Source: Sedimentisphaerales bacterium (GTDB lineage: Bacteria; Planctomycetota; Phycisphaerae; Sedimentisphaerales; SM23-30). Taken from it: a DNA stretch of 64,000 nucleotides. Position 1 is the first letter of the stretch. Every line of letters begins with the position of its first letter. Under the pieces are notes generated by a model. The model was given only the letters and a program-made list of their open reading frames with translations. It did not search any database and was not told where the DNA came from. The stretch covers positions 192,001-256,000 of the forward strand of contig CAXXFK010000010.1 in the NCBI GenBank assembly GCA_963663965.2, in the 5' to 3' direction. Positions 52,260 through 61,704 of the stretch are shown here, piece after piece. Both the position numbers and the translations under genes were made by a program.

Positions 52260-52524
52260 CGAAGCACCTCTTTTTTGAAAATAACTTTTCCGTGGTTAAC
52301 TAGTCTGTTCTACCAACTCTGCGGCCGGGTGGCCTCGGCAACCTGTCCCGGGTGCCACCTACAAGCACAGCTTGTGGGTGCATAACGCATCACCCCCCAT
52401 CAGCCAACAACCTCCATCCAAAATAAAAAATCCACAAAAAAATCCTGCCTTTCCAATTTCCAATTTTGCATCCTACATTTTGCCTTTCTTCAGTGTCTTT
52501 CCGCGTTTTTCCGTGGTAAAGGAA

Positions 52525-53135
52525 GGCTGTTATATTTTTATCTCAAATCCCATTTCTCAAATCCTGTCAATGAGCTGAAAGTCCCGATAGCCATCGGGAT
52601 GATCCTGTCTAAAAAGGCCGTTATATTTCTTTTAACCTTCGTGCAGCGCCGCAGGTCGAAAGATCCGCCTCAGGAGTGTCGAAGATCCGCCTCAGGCGGA
52701 ACGCTCCGTGGTTCATCCGGCTGTTATATTCATTGCTTTCTTTTAAACTCATATTCCTTTTCATCCATCTTCTCCCCACTCCGGCTGTTCCTCTGTGCAC
52801 TCGGTGACCTCTGTGGTGCAAATCTTCTTTTTTCATCCTCCCCCCCTTTATGCCCTTCAATAACTTCATGGTAAATCCGGCTGTTATATTTTTATCTCAA
52901 TTTCCATTTCTCAAATCCTGTCAATCCTGTGATCCTGTCTAAAAAGGCCGTTATATTTTTCTTAACCTTCGTGCAGCGCCGCAGGCGCCCTTCGTGTAGC
53001 CGCAGGCGGCTCCGTGGTTCATCCGGCTGTTATATTCATTGCTTTCTTTTAAACTCATATTCCTTTTCATCCATCTTCTCCCCACTCCGGCTGTTCCTCT
53101 GTGCCCTCGGTGACCTCTGTGGTGCAAATCTTCTT
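52525..53135. repeat. Imperfect tandem duplication (52525-52829 and 52879-53135) built from short repeat modules
   Basis: Long identical stretches between the copies; six GGC(T/C)GTTATATT motifs. Confidence 0.9.
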
Positions 53136-53402
53136 CTCCCGCTTCCTTCCTCCAATGACCTGTAAGACCTATTGCTTTTTTGAAACCAATCATGCACCAT
53201 CACAAACACCATCAACTCAAATTTCAGGAGCATCACCCAGCAGACCAGAAACCACAAAACCATTCCCATCCAGCCCACTGGACAACTACTCGATTCCCAT
53301 TTCATAGATCAATACCCCCAGTATACCCATCGCCGGCCAGATTATAAATATTATTTTCACAGAATATCAATCATCATTAACATTCCCCGAATCCCCCCCT
53401 CA

Positions 53403-53458
53403 GTACGGAGTTCACGATTCATCGTGCTTAAAATGTACGGAGTCCACGATTCATCGTG
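53403..53458. repeat. Tandem pair of 24-bp REP-like palindromes
   Basis: GTACGGAGT(T/C)CACGATTCATCGTG at 53403 and 53435; hairpin CACGAT-TC-ATCGTG. Confidence 0.8.
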
Positions 53459-53953
53459 ATCAAAACCTTCTCTCTTCATCAACAAACCCCCATCTGGGCC
53501 GCCCAATTCGCCCCATCACCCCCACCCGATGCGAAACGAACCCAACATCGCCAAAATCCCCCATATCCATAGACATAACAACAATTTACAACCACCTCCA
53601 TTAATCATTCTCCCCCGCACCGCTACCGCCAGGATTTCGCACCGGAGGCGAAAGATCATCCCCACCCATGAGCGCAGCGAATACCAAACCAGAACAAGCC
53701 CAACCGCCCCCCTCCTCCTGTCAACGCCCCCCTGACCTGACGTAAAGACCCAGGCCAAACAAACCCAACCCCCCAAAATCCACCACCCATCTCATTAAAA
53801 ATCAAGACCTTACCGCCGCTTGTTCAGCGCCAGGTTAACAACCCGCCAACCTCCGCCCCCCTGGGACGAACCTTTCAGGCTTTTGCCTTGCGATGGCAGC
53901 TTGATCGCATCTGGATGTGGCCGGGCAGCATTTTTCATGTCGCCGAACCCAAC

Positions 53954-53986
53954 AAAAAAGGCCGCTCCATTGGAATGGCCGGCCTT
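53954..53986 (-). terminator. Intrinsic terminator after the Hcp-like gene
   Basis: Minus strand AAGGCCG-gCCATTccAATGGag-CGGCCTT followed by a T run. Confidence 0.7.
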
Positions 53987-54012
53987 GACTTTCGGGTTGG
54001 AATCTGCGGGTG

Positions 54013-54651
54013 TTACTGGGCGGTCTCCATCCATTCTCCGGCCAGTACGGATAAATCCAGTACATTGACGACCCCGTCGAAGTTCAAGTCGCTGACCCGC
54101 ACGGAATAGCCCGGCACCCATTCCCAGCGGGCCTCGGCGCTGATCCCGCCGTCATTAAAGACTTTTTCAATCGTGGTATAGGCGATCGAGATCTCTTCCC
54201 GTTCCTTATGCTGCATATTTTCGGGGTATTTGTTGTTGAGCATCTCCTGATGAATGGTGGTGATATAAGCGCCGGCAAATCGAATGGTATAATATTGTTC
54301 TTCCAAGCCGGAAGGAGTGGGCTGCCAGAAGCGAATTTCACCATGCAGCCGATCATTGTCGGTGAATGCCCGAAGCAGCAGCGGGGTGGATTTGTCGATT
54401 TCCTTGGTGATCCGGATCGGCATATGCTGACGCTTGCCGGTGGGCATGCCGCTGGCGGCGTCACGCGGCGAGGTGATCAGATGGTCAAACGCAATGACCA
54501 TAATCGAGCCTTCACGGCCTTTCTGGGTGACACTTCCTTCGATTTTACCGGTTTGCTCGCCTTCCAAATAGAGGTAGGCATTCAAGGCGCCCGATGAGGC
54601 GGCGCAAAAGACAGCCAACAACACGATAGCAGTCAATAGTCCGGATTTCAT
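54013..54651 (-). CDS. hcp: Hcp/TssD tube-protein homologue with Sec signal peptide and C-terminal dockerin-like motif
   Basis: ALNAYL.LEG..TG.IEGSVTQKGREG...H.I.SPRD..SG.PTGKRQH.P..ITKEIDKSTPLL...E.QYYTI...A.I...E.ISIAY; leader MKSGLLTAIVLLAVFCAASSG; tail DLNFDGVVNVLDLSVLAGEW. Confidence 0.9.
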   Translation of the reverse strand: MKSGLLTAIVLLAVFCAASSGALNAYLYLEGEQTGKIEGSVTQKGREGSIMVIAFDHLITSPRDAASGMPTGKRQHMPIRITKEIDKSTPLLLRAFTDNDRLHGEIRFWQPTPSGLEEQYYTIRFAGAYITTIHQEMLNNKYPENMQHKEREEISIAYTTIEKVFNDGGISAEARWEWVPGYSVRVSDLNFDGVVNVLDLSVLAGEWMETAQ

Positions 54652-55225
54652 TTTGTTATCCTTTTCTGGTAATGGGCGAACTGTTTTGTTAAACGCTAAG
54701 AACGCTACTCGATAGCCATCCGATTTATCGAATAGAAGGGTAATTCATCATTTCATAGATCGGTTTGAATGTTAGAATACTATACAGAATATTATAGCCG
54801 GCCTGCCGGAGTCAAACAAAGAAAGAACCACAAATCCCGGTGAATCGGGACAAATAAACGCGAATAAGAGCCAGAAGCTTGATTGGGATATGGGTTAAAA
54901 TCAGATCTAACCGCCGATCTAACCGCGAAAAGGCAAAAAACGGGTGTAATTTATTTTAATATAAGAAGTTAGAGCCGCGAAATACACTAAAAGCACAAAA
55001 CAAATATAGAGCATAGGATTTCACGCGAAAGACGCACAGATTCATTTTCTGGTCCATCGCGGCGAATGGGGTTGGGCCGCGCGATCCTGTCTATTGGATC
55101 GATATAGAAATAAAGATTGATTCAGGGGGTTGGTTGCTGGTATTTTATAACCTGTTCGCCCGTTTTGGGGCTGATGGAATGTTGCGAATAACGATGATAA
55201 CTCGATACTGGAAAGGAGTTTATTC

Positions 55226-55921
55226 ATGAAGAAGTATTTGGTCGCGATGCTGGTATTGGCCGGGGTGAGCGTGGGATGGGCCCAGGAGAAGGAACAGGAA
55301 GGGATGTTTGGTGACAGTTTCAGTACGGGACAGTGGTCGGTTGACTTTTATACCGGGTACTTTTCGGAAGCCCACTGGGCGACCATGCCGACTGGTGTGA
55401 CTTATGATCTGACGATTAACGGGATTACTATCGAACGGCCTATCAAGGCGAAAATTGACATGCAGGACAGCTGGATTTTTGGCGGGCACTTCGGCAAGGA
55501 GTGGGAATACCTGGGCTGGGAAGCCGGGCTGGCGGGTGTCTTTGGCGATCTGGATGTGACGACAAATCTGCCGAACGGTTTTGTGGCCAATGATCAGCTT
55601 TATACCTCTGGTGACGCCAGTATGATTTTGACGAATTTTAACCTGATGGTTTATCCGGGCGGGAATAATCTGATGGAAGGCCGGCTACGCCCCTACCTGA
55701 CCGCAGGACCGGGACTGGCGTATCTGATGATTGACCAGAAGTATCTGGATGATGAATTTCTGGTGGATATGAACGCCGGGTTGGGTACGAAGATTTATCC
55801 ATTTGATAATGACGCGGTGTTTATGCGGGTTGATTGGAAATGGCACTATTTATTCAAGGGCGATGAAGTCCGGGATACCTATCATAAGGAACTGACGATT
55901 GGTGTTGGTTTTAATTTTTAG
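55226..55921 (+). CDS. Outer-membrane beta-barrel protein
   Basis: Signal peptide, alternating beta strands, RPYLTAGPG, C-terminal Phe (VGFNF); AAGGAG RBS. Confidence 0.85.
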   Translation: MKKYLVAMLVLAGVSVGWAQEKEQEGMFGDSFSTGQWSVDFYTGYFSEAHWATMPTGVTYDLTINGITIERPIKAKIDMQDSWIFGGHFGKEWEYLGWEAGLAGVFGDLDVTTNLPNGFVANDQLYTSGDASMILTNFNLMVYPGGNNLMEGRLRPYLTAGPGLAYLMIDQKYLDDEFLVDMNAGLGTKIYPFDNDAVFMRVDWKWHYLFKGDEVRDTYHKELTIGVGFNF

Positions 55922-56083
55922 AACCAAAGGCAAGATATCTCACACTAAGCCGCGAAGAAAAATGGCTAAGCCGGCAGTGCCGGAGCTAAAAGAAACCACG
56001 AATAGACACGAATAGACGCGTATAAAACAAGGACATGAAGGATAGTATTTTGGACGCTATCATATTCCATGATGGAGACTTTA

Positions 56084-57025
56084 ATGGCAAGAGCTAAGAT
56101 TTCGATTATCGGCGCCGGCAATGTCGGCTCAACCTGTGCCCACTGGGCCACGCAAAAAGAACTGGGCGATATTGTCCTGCTTGATATTGTCGATGGGATG
56201 CCCCAGGGCAAATCGCTGGACCTGTATGAAGCGACTCCGGTGGGCCGATACGATGTCGGACTGAAAGGGACTTGCGATTATAACGATACGGCCGATAGCG
56301 ATGTGGTGATTATTACTTCGGGACTGGCGCGCAAGCCGGGTATGACCCGCGATGACCTGCTGAAAGCCAATACTGAAATTGTGGCGCAAGTGACAGAAAA
56401 TGTAGTAAAATACAGTCCTGAGGCGGCGCTGATTATCGTCAGCAATCCGCTGGACGCAATGACCTATGTGGCCGGGAAAGTGTCTGGGTTGCCCAAAAAT
56501 AAAGTGATGGGCATGGCCGGTGTGCTGGATTCGGCGCGGTACCGGGCGTTTATCGCCGAGGCGCTGAATGTTTCGGTTGCGGATATTTCGGCGATGCTGC
56601 TGGGCGGGCATGGAGATGATATGGTGCCGCTGCCGCGGTATACCACAATCGCGGGGATACCGCTGACGGAGTGGCTGGACAGTGCGACGATCGAAGCGAT
56701 TGTGGATCGCACCCGAAAAGGCGGACTCGAGATTGTGAATCTGCTTAAAACGGCTTCGGCTTATTTCGCGCCGTCCCTTTCCGCGGTGGATATGGCGGAG
56801 TCGATTTTGAAAGATAAACGGCGGGTGATGCCCTGCTGCGCCTGGTGCGATGGTGAATATAATGCCGGCGGCTGCTTTGTGGGTGTGCCGGTGGTGCTGG
56901 GCAGTCATGGGGTTGAAAAGGTGGTGGAACTGCAATTGAATGAGGCCGAAAAGGCATTGTTTACCGAATCGCTTAACCATGTCAAGAAGCTGGTCGCCAC
57001 GGTGGATCAGTTAATGCAATCCTGA
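56084..57025 (+). CDS. mdh: Malate dehydrogenase (LDH-like)
   Basis: IIGAGNVG, ARKPGMTRDDLL, VSNPLD, AGVLDSAR, GGHGD. Confidence 0.95.
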   Translation: MARAKISIIGAGNVGSTCAHWATQKELGDIVLLDIVDGMPQGKSLDLYEATPVGRYDVGLKGTCDYNDTADSDVVIITSGLARKPGMTRDDLLKANTEIVAQVTENVVKYSPEAALIIVSNPLDAMTYVAGKVSGLPKNKVMGMAGVLDSARYRAFIAEALNVSVADISAMLLGGHGDDMVPLPRYTTIAGIPLTEWLDSATIEAIVDRTRKGGLEIVNLLKTASAYFAPSLSAVDMAESILKDKRRVMPCCAWCDGEYNAGGCFVGVPVVLGSHGVEKVVELQLNEAEKALFTESLNHVKKLVATVDQLMQS

Positions 57026-57044
57026 ATTACTTTCGAACCTTGCG

Positions 57045-58685
57045 ATGAAACTGGCACTGGCACAACTTAATCCGACAGTTGGCGATATTGCCGCCAACAG
57101 CCGACTAATTCTGCAATCCATCGGGCAGGCGGCCGAGCAAGGGGCTGATCTGGTTATTTTCAGTGAGTTGGTTCTGACGGGGTATCCGCCCAAAGACCTG
57201 CTGCTGAAGCCACGATTTATCGCGGATAACCAGGCGGCGCTGCAGGAGATTGCCGCGCAATGCCAGTCGATTGGGGCGCTGATCGGGTTTGTGTGTGAAC
57301 ATACCGGACCGACCGGTAAGCAGTTGCATAACGCGGCGGCCCTGATCCAGAACGGCCGGGTGGTAGCGACCTATTACAAGCAACTGCTGCCCACCTATGA
57401 TGTGTTCGATGAGCAGCGGTATTTTGCCCCGGCCAAATCGCAACAGGTAGTGGAGTTTATGGGCAGGAAAATCGGCCTGACGATCTGTGAAGATATCTGG
57501 CAAACGCCTGACCAGCAGACCCGGCGGCTGTATGAGATCAATCCGTTTGAAGATCTGGCGCGGGCCGGGGTGGATCTGATTGTCAATATGTCGGCGTCGC
57601 CATTCGTGATCAACAAACATGCATTCCGGATCGACCTGTTTGGGCGGCAGTGCCGTCAGCATCGGATTCCGCTGGTTTATGTGAATCAGACGGGTGGGAA
57701 TGATGATCTGATCTTTGACGGGGCCAGTTGCGCCTTTGGCCGGAATGGTGAGTTGATCGCGCAGGCCAGGGATTTTGAGCCGGATCTACTGCTGGTTGAT
57801 ATCGACCGGCCTGAGCAGAACAGCATTGCCTCGGTCAAGAGTGATATCGCGTCGGTGCATGACGCGCTGGTGCTGGGATTGCGTGATTATCTGCGGAAAT
57901 GCGGGTTTCGGTCGGTAGTACTGGGGCTTTCGGGCGGGATCGATTCGGCGGTAACGGCGGCGATCGCAGTGGAAGCACTGGGAGCGGATAAGGTGACGGG
58001 GGTGGCTATGCCCAGCCGGTATTCCAGCGATCACAGTGTGAATGACGCACGGGATCTGGCGGGGAACCTGGGGATTCCATTTCATATCATTCCTATTGAA
58101 ACGGCGCATTGCGCCATGGAAGAGACGCTGACGGAAATTTTCACCGGGCTGGAATCGGATATTACCGAGGAAAATATTCAGGCAAGGTTGCGGGGCAATA
58201 TTCTGATGGCTATCAGTAACAAATTCGGGTCGCTGCTGTTAACCACCGGCAATAAAAGCGAACTGGCAGTGGGATACTGCACCATGTATGGTGATATGGC
58301 CGGCGGGCTGGCGGTGATCAGCGATGTGCCCAAAATTATGGTCTATCGGCTGGCGAATTACATTAATCGTGAGCGTGAAGTGATCCCGATTTCGACGATT
58401 TCCAAGCCGCCATCGGCGGAGTTGAAGCCCGGCCAGGTAGATCAGGATTCGCTGCCGCCATATGAAATCCTGGATGATATACTGGAGCGGTATGTCGAGC
58501 AGGAGCAGTCGTTTCAGCAGATTGTGGATGCGGGATTTGAAAGGGACGTTGTCGGCCGGATTATCCGGCTGGTAGATCGCAATGAATATAAACGCAAACA
58601 GGCGGCGCCGGGGCTGAAGGTGACCAGTCGAGCTTTTGGGACCGGCCGGCGCATGCCTATCGCGCAGAACTATACCCAGAAATAA
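57045..58685 (+). CDS. nadE: Glutamine-dependent NAD+ synthetase
   Basis: Nitrilase domain (FSEL..TGYPP.DLL, ICEDIW) plus SGGIDS, ENIQARLRG, TGNKSE, KPPSAEL. Confidence 0.96.
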   Translation: MKLALAQLNPTVGDIAANSRLILQSIGQAAEQGADLVIFSELVLTGYPPKDLLLKPRFIADNQAALQEIAAQCQSIGALIGFVCEHTGPTGKQLHNAAALIQNGRVVATYYKQLLPTYDVFDEQRYFAPAKSQQVVEFMGRKIGLTICEDIWQTPDQQTRRLYEINPFEDLARAGVDLIVNMSASPFVINKHAFRIDLFGRQCRQHRIPLVYVNQTGGNDDLIFDGASCAFGRNGELIAQARDFEPDLLLVDIDRPEQNSIASVKSDIASVHDALVLGLRDYLRKCGFRSVVLGLSGGIDSAVTAAIAVEALGADKVTGVAMPSRYSSDHSVNDARDLAGNLGIPFHIIPIETAHCAMEETLTEIFTGLESDITEENIQARLRGNILMAISNKFGSLLLTTGNKSELAVGYCTMYGDMAGGLAVISDVPKIMVYRLANYINREREVIPISTISKPPSAELKPGQVDQDSLPPYEILDDILERYVEQEQSFQQIVDAGFERDVVGRIIRLVDRNEYKRKQAAPGLKVTSRAFGTGRRMPIAQNYTQK

Positions 58686-58692
58686 GCCGTTT

Positions 58693-58721
58693 TTGACTCA
58701 GTGGCAGGTCGTGCCTATAAT
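58693..58721 (+). promoter_or_regulatory. Sigma70 promoter
   Basis: TTGACT-17 nt-TATAAT. Confidence 0.7.
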
Positions 58722-58780
58722 CTAATGAATCAGGATGTGTAAAATTTAAACATTACCATTTGATAGAAAAGGATTTATAT

Positions 58781-59362
58781 ATGGTTATGACCGCTTCTAC
58801 GATGCTGACTCTCGGTACTAAAGCGCCGGATTTCAGCTTACCGGATATCACAGGAAAGCATGTTTCGCCGGCCGACTTTAAAGACGCAGCCGGTCTACTG
58901 GTGATTTTCTCGTGTAATCACTGTCCATATGTCAAACATGTCATCGATCCGCTGGTTGCTTTGATCAAAGAGTATCAGGCGAAAGGACTGGCGGTGGTGA
59001 TGATCAGCGCTAACGATGTTGCCAATTACCCGGAGGACAGTCCCAAGAATATGGCGCTGCTGGCCCGTGAAAAGGGATTTACTTTTCCCTATCTTTATGA
59101 TGAGACGCAGGAGACGGCCCAGGCATATCAGGCGTCGTGTACACCGGACTTTTTCCTGTTCGATAAAGACCAAAAACTGGTGTATCGAGGACAACTGGAT
59201 GATAGCCGACCGGGTAACCAGATCCCGGTGACGGGCAAGGATCTGCGTAGCGCGCTGGATGCTTTGCTGGCGGGCCAAACCGTTTCAGACGATCAGCGTC
59301 CCAGCGCGGGTTGTAATATTAAATGGAAAAAAGGGAACGAACCGGATTATTTTCCGGCTTGA
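58781..59362 (+). CDS. Thioredoxin-fold AhpC/TSA family protein
   Basis: GTKAPDFSL, CNHCPYV, YP.DSP..M, CTPDFF, YRGQLDD, GCNIKWK. Confidence 0.92.
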   Translation: MVMTASTMLTLGTKAPDFSLPDITGKHVSPADFKDAAGLLVIFSCNHCPYVKHVIDPLVALIKEYQAKGLAVVMISANDVANYPEDSPKNMALLAREKGFTFPYLYDETQETAQAYQASCTPDFFLFDKDQKLVYRGQLDDSRPGNQIPVTGKDLRSALDALLAGQTVSDDQRPSAGCNIKWKKGNEPDYFPA

Positions 59363-59382
59363 CGGGTCTTTAATTCTGCGCA

Positions 59383-59785
59383 AATCGAGTAGGCATGGGC
59401 TTTGCAGCCCCAACCTCTCACACCACCCGGCGTGCCTGCTCGGTACCGGTCGATTTCCTATGGCATTCCATTCAAATCCCGCCATCTGCGAGACAGACTG
59501 ATCAATCCTCGTTCTTTAAAACCATGGCAAATTCATGGCTTGGTGCGATTGAGGCAGGGCGCTTTTCCGCCAGTAACCCACACCGCTCAATGCGCCGAGC
59601 CAGGCCTGGTATTCGGCGACACCGTGGCAAATAAAGAACTTGGCGGTCGTATAGTTCCGCTTGAGTTGTTTGAGTTTGATGACTCGCAACTTGCGGCGGA
59701 TCCAGCCGTCCAGCTTCTTCAGATTCGCGGCGCGGCGGATATGTCGGTAATAATTGAGCCATCCGGTCATGATTCATCCGGTTAA
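59383..59785 (-). mobile_element. 3' remnant of a group II intron (class C-like): maturase C-terminus plus RNA domains V-VI
   Basis: Peptide TGWLNYY...LDGWIRRKLR...A...A.SG.GYWR...AMN..WFKERGLISL, then GAAATCGACCGGTACCGAGCAGGCACGCCGGGTGGTGTGAGAGG...CCTACTCGAT. 5' boundary approximate. Confidence 0.88.
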
Positions 59786-59796
59786 ACCGTGATTAT

Positions 59797-61476
59797 TCAC
59801 CATTTCATTACTGCGCCGGTATCTGCTGAAGTGGCCATTCTGGCATATTTACCCAGGGCGCCATGATTAATTCTGGGTTCCGGAGCAAACCATTTTTCAC
59901 GGCGTTTGGCCAGTTCCGCATCCGATAACTGAGCCCGGATTACACCGGCCGGGATATCGATTTCGACAATGTCACCCGGTTCCAGCAATCCGATCGGACC
60001 GCCTTCCGCGGCTTCCGGACTGATATGCCCGACGCATGCCCCCCGCGTGCCTCCGCTGAAACGGCCATCCGTAATCAACGCCACACTGTCCCCCAATCCG
60101 GCGCCCATAATATAGCTTGTCGGACTAAGCATTTCCTGCATTCCGGGGCCACCCTTGGGGCCTTCATAGCGAATCACCACAACGTCTCCGGACTTGACCT
60201 TGCCACCCAGAATACCGGCACAAGCCTCCTCCTGACTTTCAAAAATAACAGCCGGACCGCTATGACGAAGCATTTTTTCCGATACACCGGCGCTCTTGAC
60301 AACACAACCTTTTGGCGCCAGGTTACCCTTTAAAATCGATAAGCCGCCCTTGGCCGAATAGGCATTGTCCAGAGGGCGTATACAAACCGGGTCCTTAATG
60401 TCAGCCTGAGCGATATTCTCTCCCAGGGTCTTAGTCGTGACGGTAATACAATCCGGTTTGATCAGTCCAGGCACTTTGCTGATCTCTTTCAAGATCGCAC
60501 TGATCCCGCCGGCCTCATGGACATCTTCAATATGATAAGAACTGGAAGGCGAAACTTTGCAAATGGTCGGGGTCCGGCCGGCAATTTCCGCAATCTGGTT
60601 CAAAGTATAATCGATCCCGGCTTCATGGGCCACCGCCAGCGTATGCAGAATGGTATTAGTAGACCCACCCATAGCCACATCCAGAGCGATGGCATTATCC
60701 AGTGCCGATTTAGTCAATATATCCCTGGGCTTAATATCTTTTGCAATCAATTCCATAATTTTTTCGGCAGCAGCACGATATAAACTCTCGCGCCGTGGAT
60801 CCACTGCCGGAATCGTGCCATTGCCCGGCAATGCCAGCCCAATCGCTTCACACAGGCAGTTCATACTGTTGGCCGTAAACATACCGGAACAACTGCCACA
60901 GGTCGGACACCCTTTGTCTTCCAGCTCTTTGAGCTGATTTTCATTAATTTTCCGGGCGTTGTAAGCCGCCACCCCTTCGAAAATGGAGATCAAATCCACC
61001 GCTTTGCCATCAGACGTCTTGCCGGCTTTCATCGGTCCGCCAGACACAAAAATCGTGGGAATATTGACCCGCATGGCAGCCATTAACATGCCGGGGACAA
61101 TTTTGTCACAATTGGGAATGCAAATCATGCCGTCAAAACAATGCGCCCGAACCATCGTTTCAACGGAATCGGCGATAATTTCCCGGCTTGACAATGAATA
61201 TTTCATCCCGGTATGGCCCATTGCCACGCCGTCACAAACCCCTATGGTATTGAACACAAACGGCACTCCCCCAGCGACCCTTACCGCATTTTTAATAAAC
61301 TGCCCCACTTCATTTAAATGAACATGACCAGGAATAATGTCGACATGGCTATTGCAAATGGCGATAAACGGCTTACCCATATCTTCATCTTTGATACCGC
61401 ACGCCTTCAACAGCCCACGATGCGGGGCTCGCTCAAAACCTTTTTTGACCATATCCGAATTCATAACTGTCTCCAT
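59797..61476 (-). CDS. ilvD: Dihydroxy-acid dehydratase
   Basis: [54 protein letters not shown]. Confidence 0.98.
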   Translation of the reverse strand: METVMNSDMVKKGFERAPHRGLLKACGIKDEDMGKPFIAICNSHVDIIPGHVHLNEVGQFIKNAVRVAGGVPFVFNTIGVCDGVAMGHTGMKYSLSSREIIADSVETMVRAHCFDGMICIPNCDKIVPGMLMAAMRVNIPTIFVSGGPMKAGKTSDGKAVDLISIFEGVAAYNARKINENQLKELEDKGCPTCGSCSGMFTANSMNCLCEAIGLALPGNGTIPAVDPRRESLYRAAAEKIMELIAKDIKPRDILTKSALDNAIALDVAMGGSTNTILHTLAVAHEAGIDYTLNQIAEIAGRTPTICKVSPSSSYHIEDVHEAGGISAILKEISKVPGLIKPDCITVTTKTLGENIAQADIKDPVCIRPLDNAYSAKGGLSILKGNLAPKGCVVKSAGVSEKMLRHSGPAVIFESQEEACAGILGGKVKSGDVVVIRYEGPKGGPGMQEMLSPTSYIMGAGLGDSVALITDGRFSGGTRGACVGHISPEAAEGGPIGLLEPGDIVEIDIPAGVIRAQLSDAELAKRREKWFAPEPRINHGALGKYARMATSADTGAVMKW

Positions 61477-61704
61477 ATTTATATAAATGGTAAATAATTA
61501 TCAGTTTTTTGTGCAAAACCGATAGTATAATGGAAATGCCTTATTTGAACAGCTAAATTTCTTCTGAAATATAACCGATGGATTCTGGTTACTATCTGAA
61601 ACAGATTTACCGTTACATGCTATACACTAAATATAATTTTCGTTATTTTCTCACATTACAAACAGTTATAGCAATCTAAATCACTACGCTAACCTGGAGA
61701 TATC

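Noticed and set aside
50700..53135. Integron attC cassette array
   Set aside because: No integron integrase; GTTATAT does not fit GTTRRRY, and no RYYYAAC...GTTRRRY hairpins were evident by eye.
52599..53307. Short duplicated ORFs on both strands
   Set aside because: Incidental translations of non-coding repeat modules; the palindrome insertions change them arbitrarily.
52490..53460. CRISPR array
   Set aside because: The shared motif is only 12 bp, spacing is irregular (67-160 bp), the intervening segments are duplicated, and no cas genes are present.
53800..56000. Type VI secretion system cluster
   Set aside because: Only the Hcp homologue is present; no sheath, VgrG, PAAR, baseplate or membrane-complex genes.
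59383..59796. Retron or diversity-generating retroelement
   Set aside because: No RT core (YADD) and no TR/VR pair; the sequence is a group II intron 3' end.
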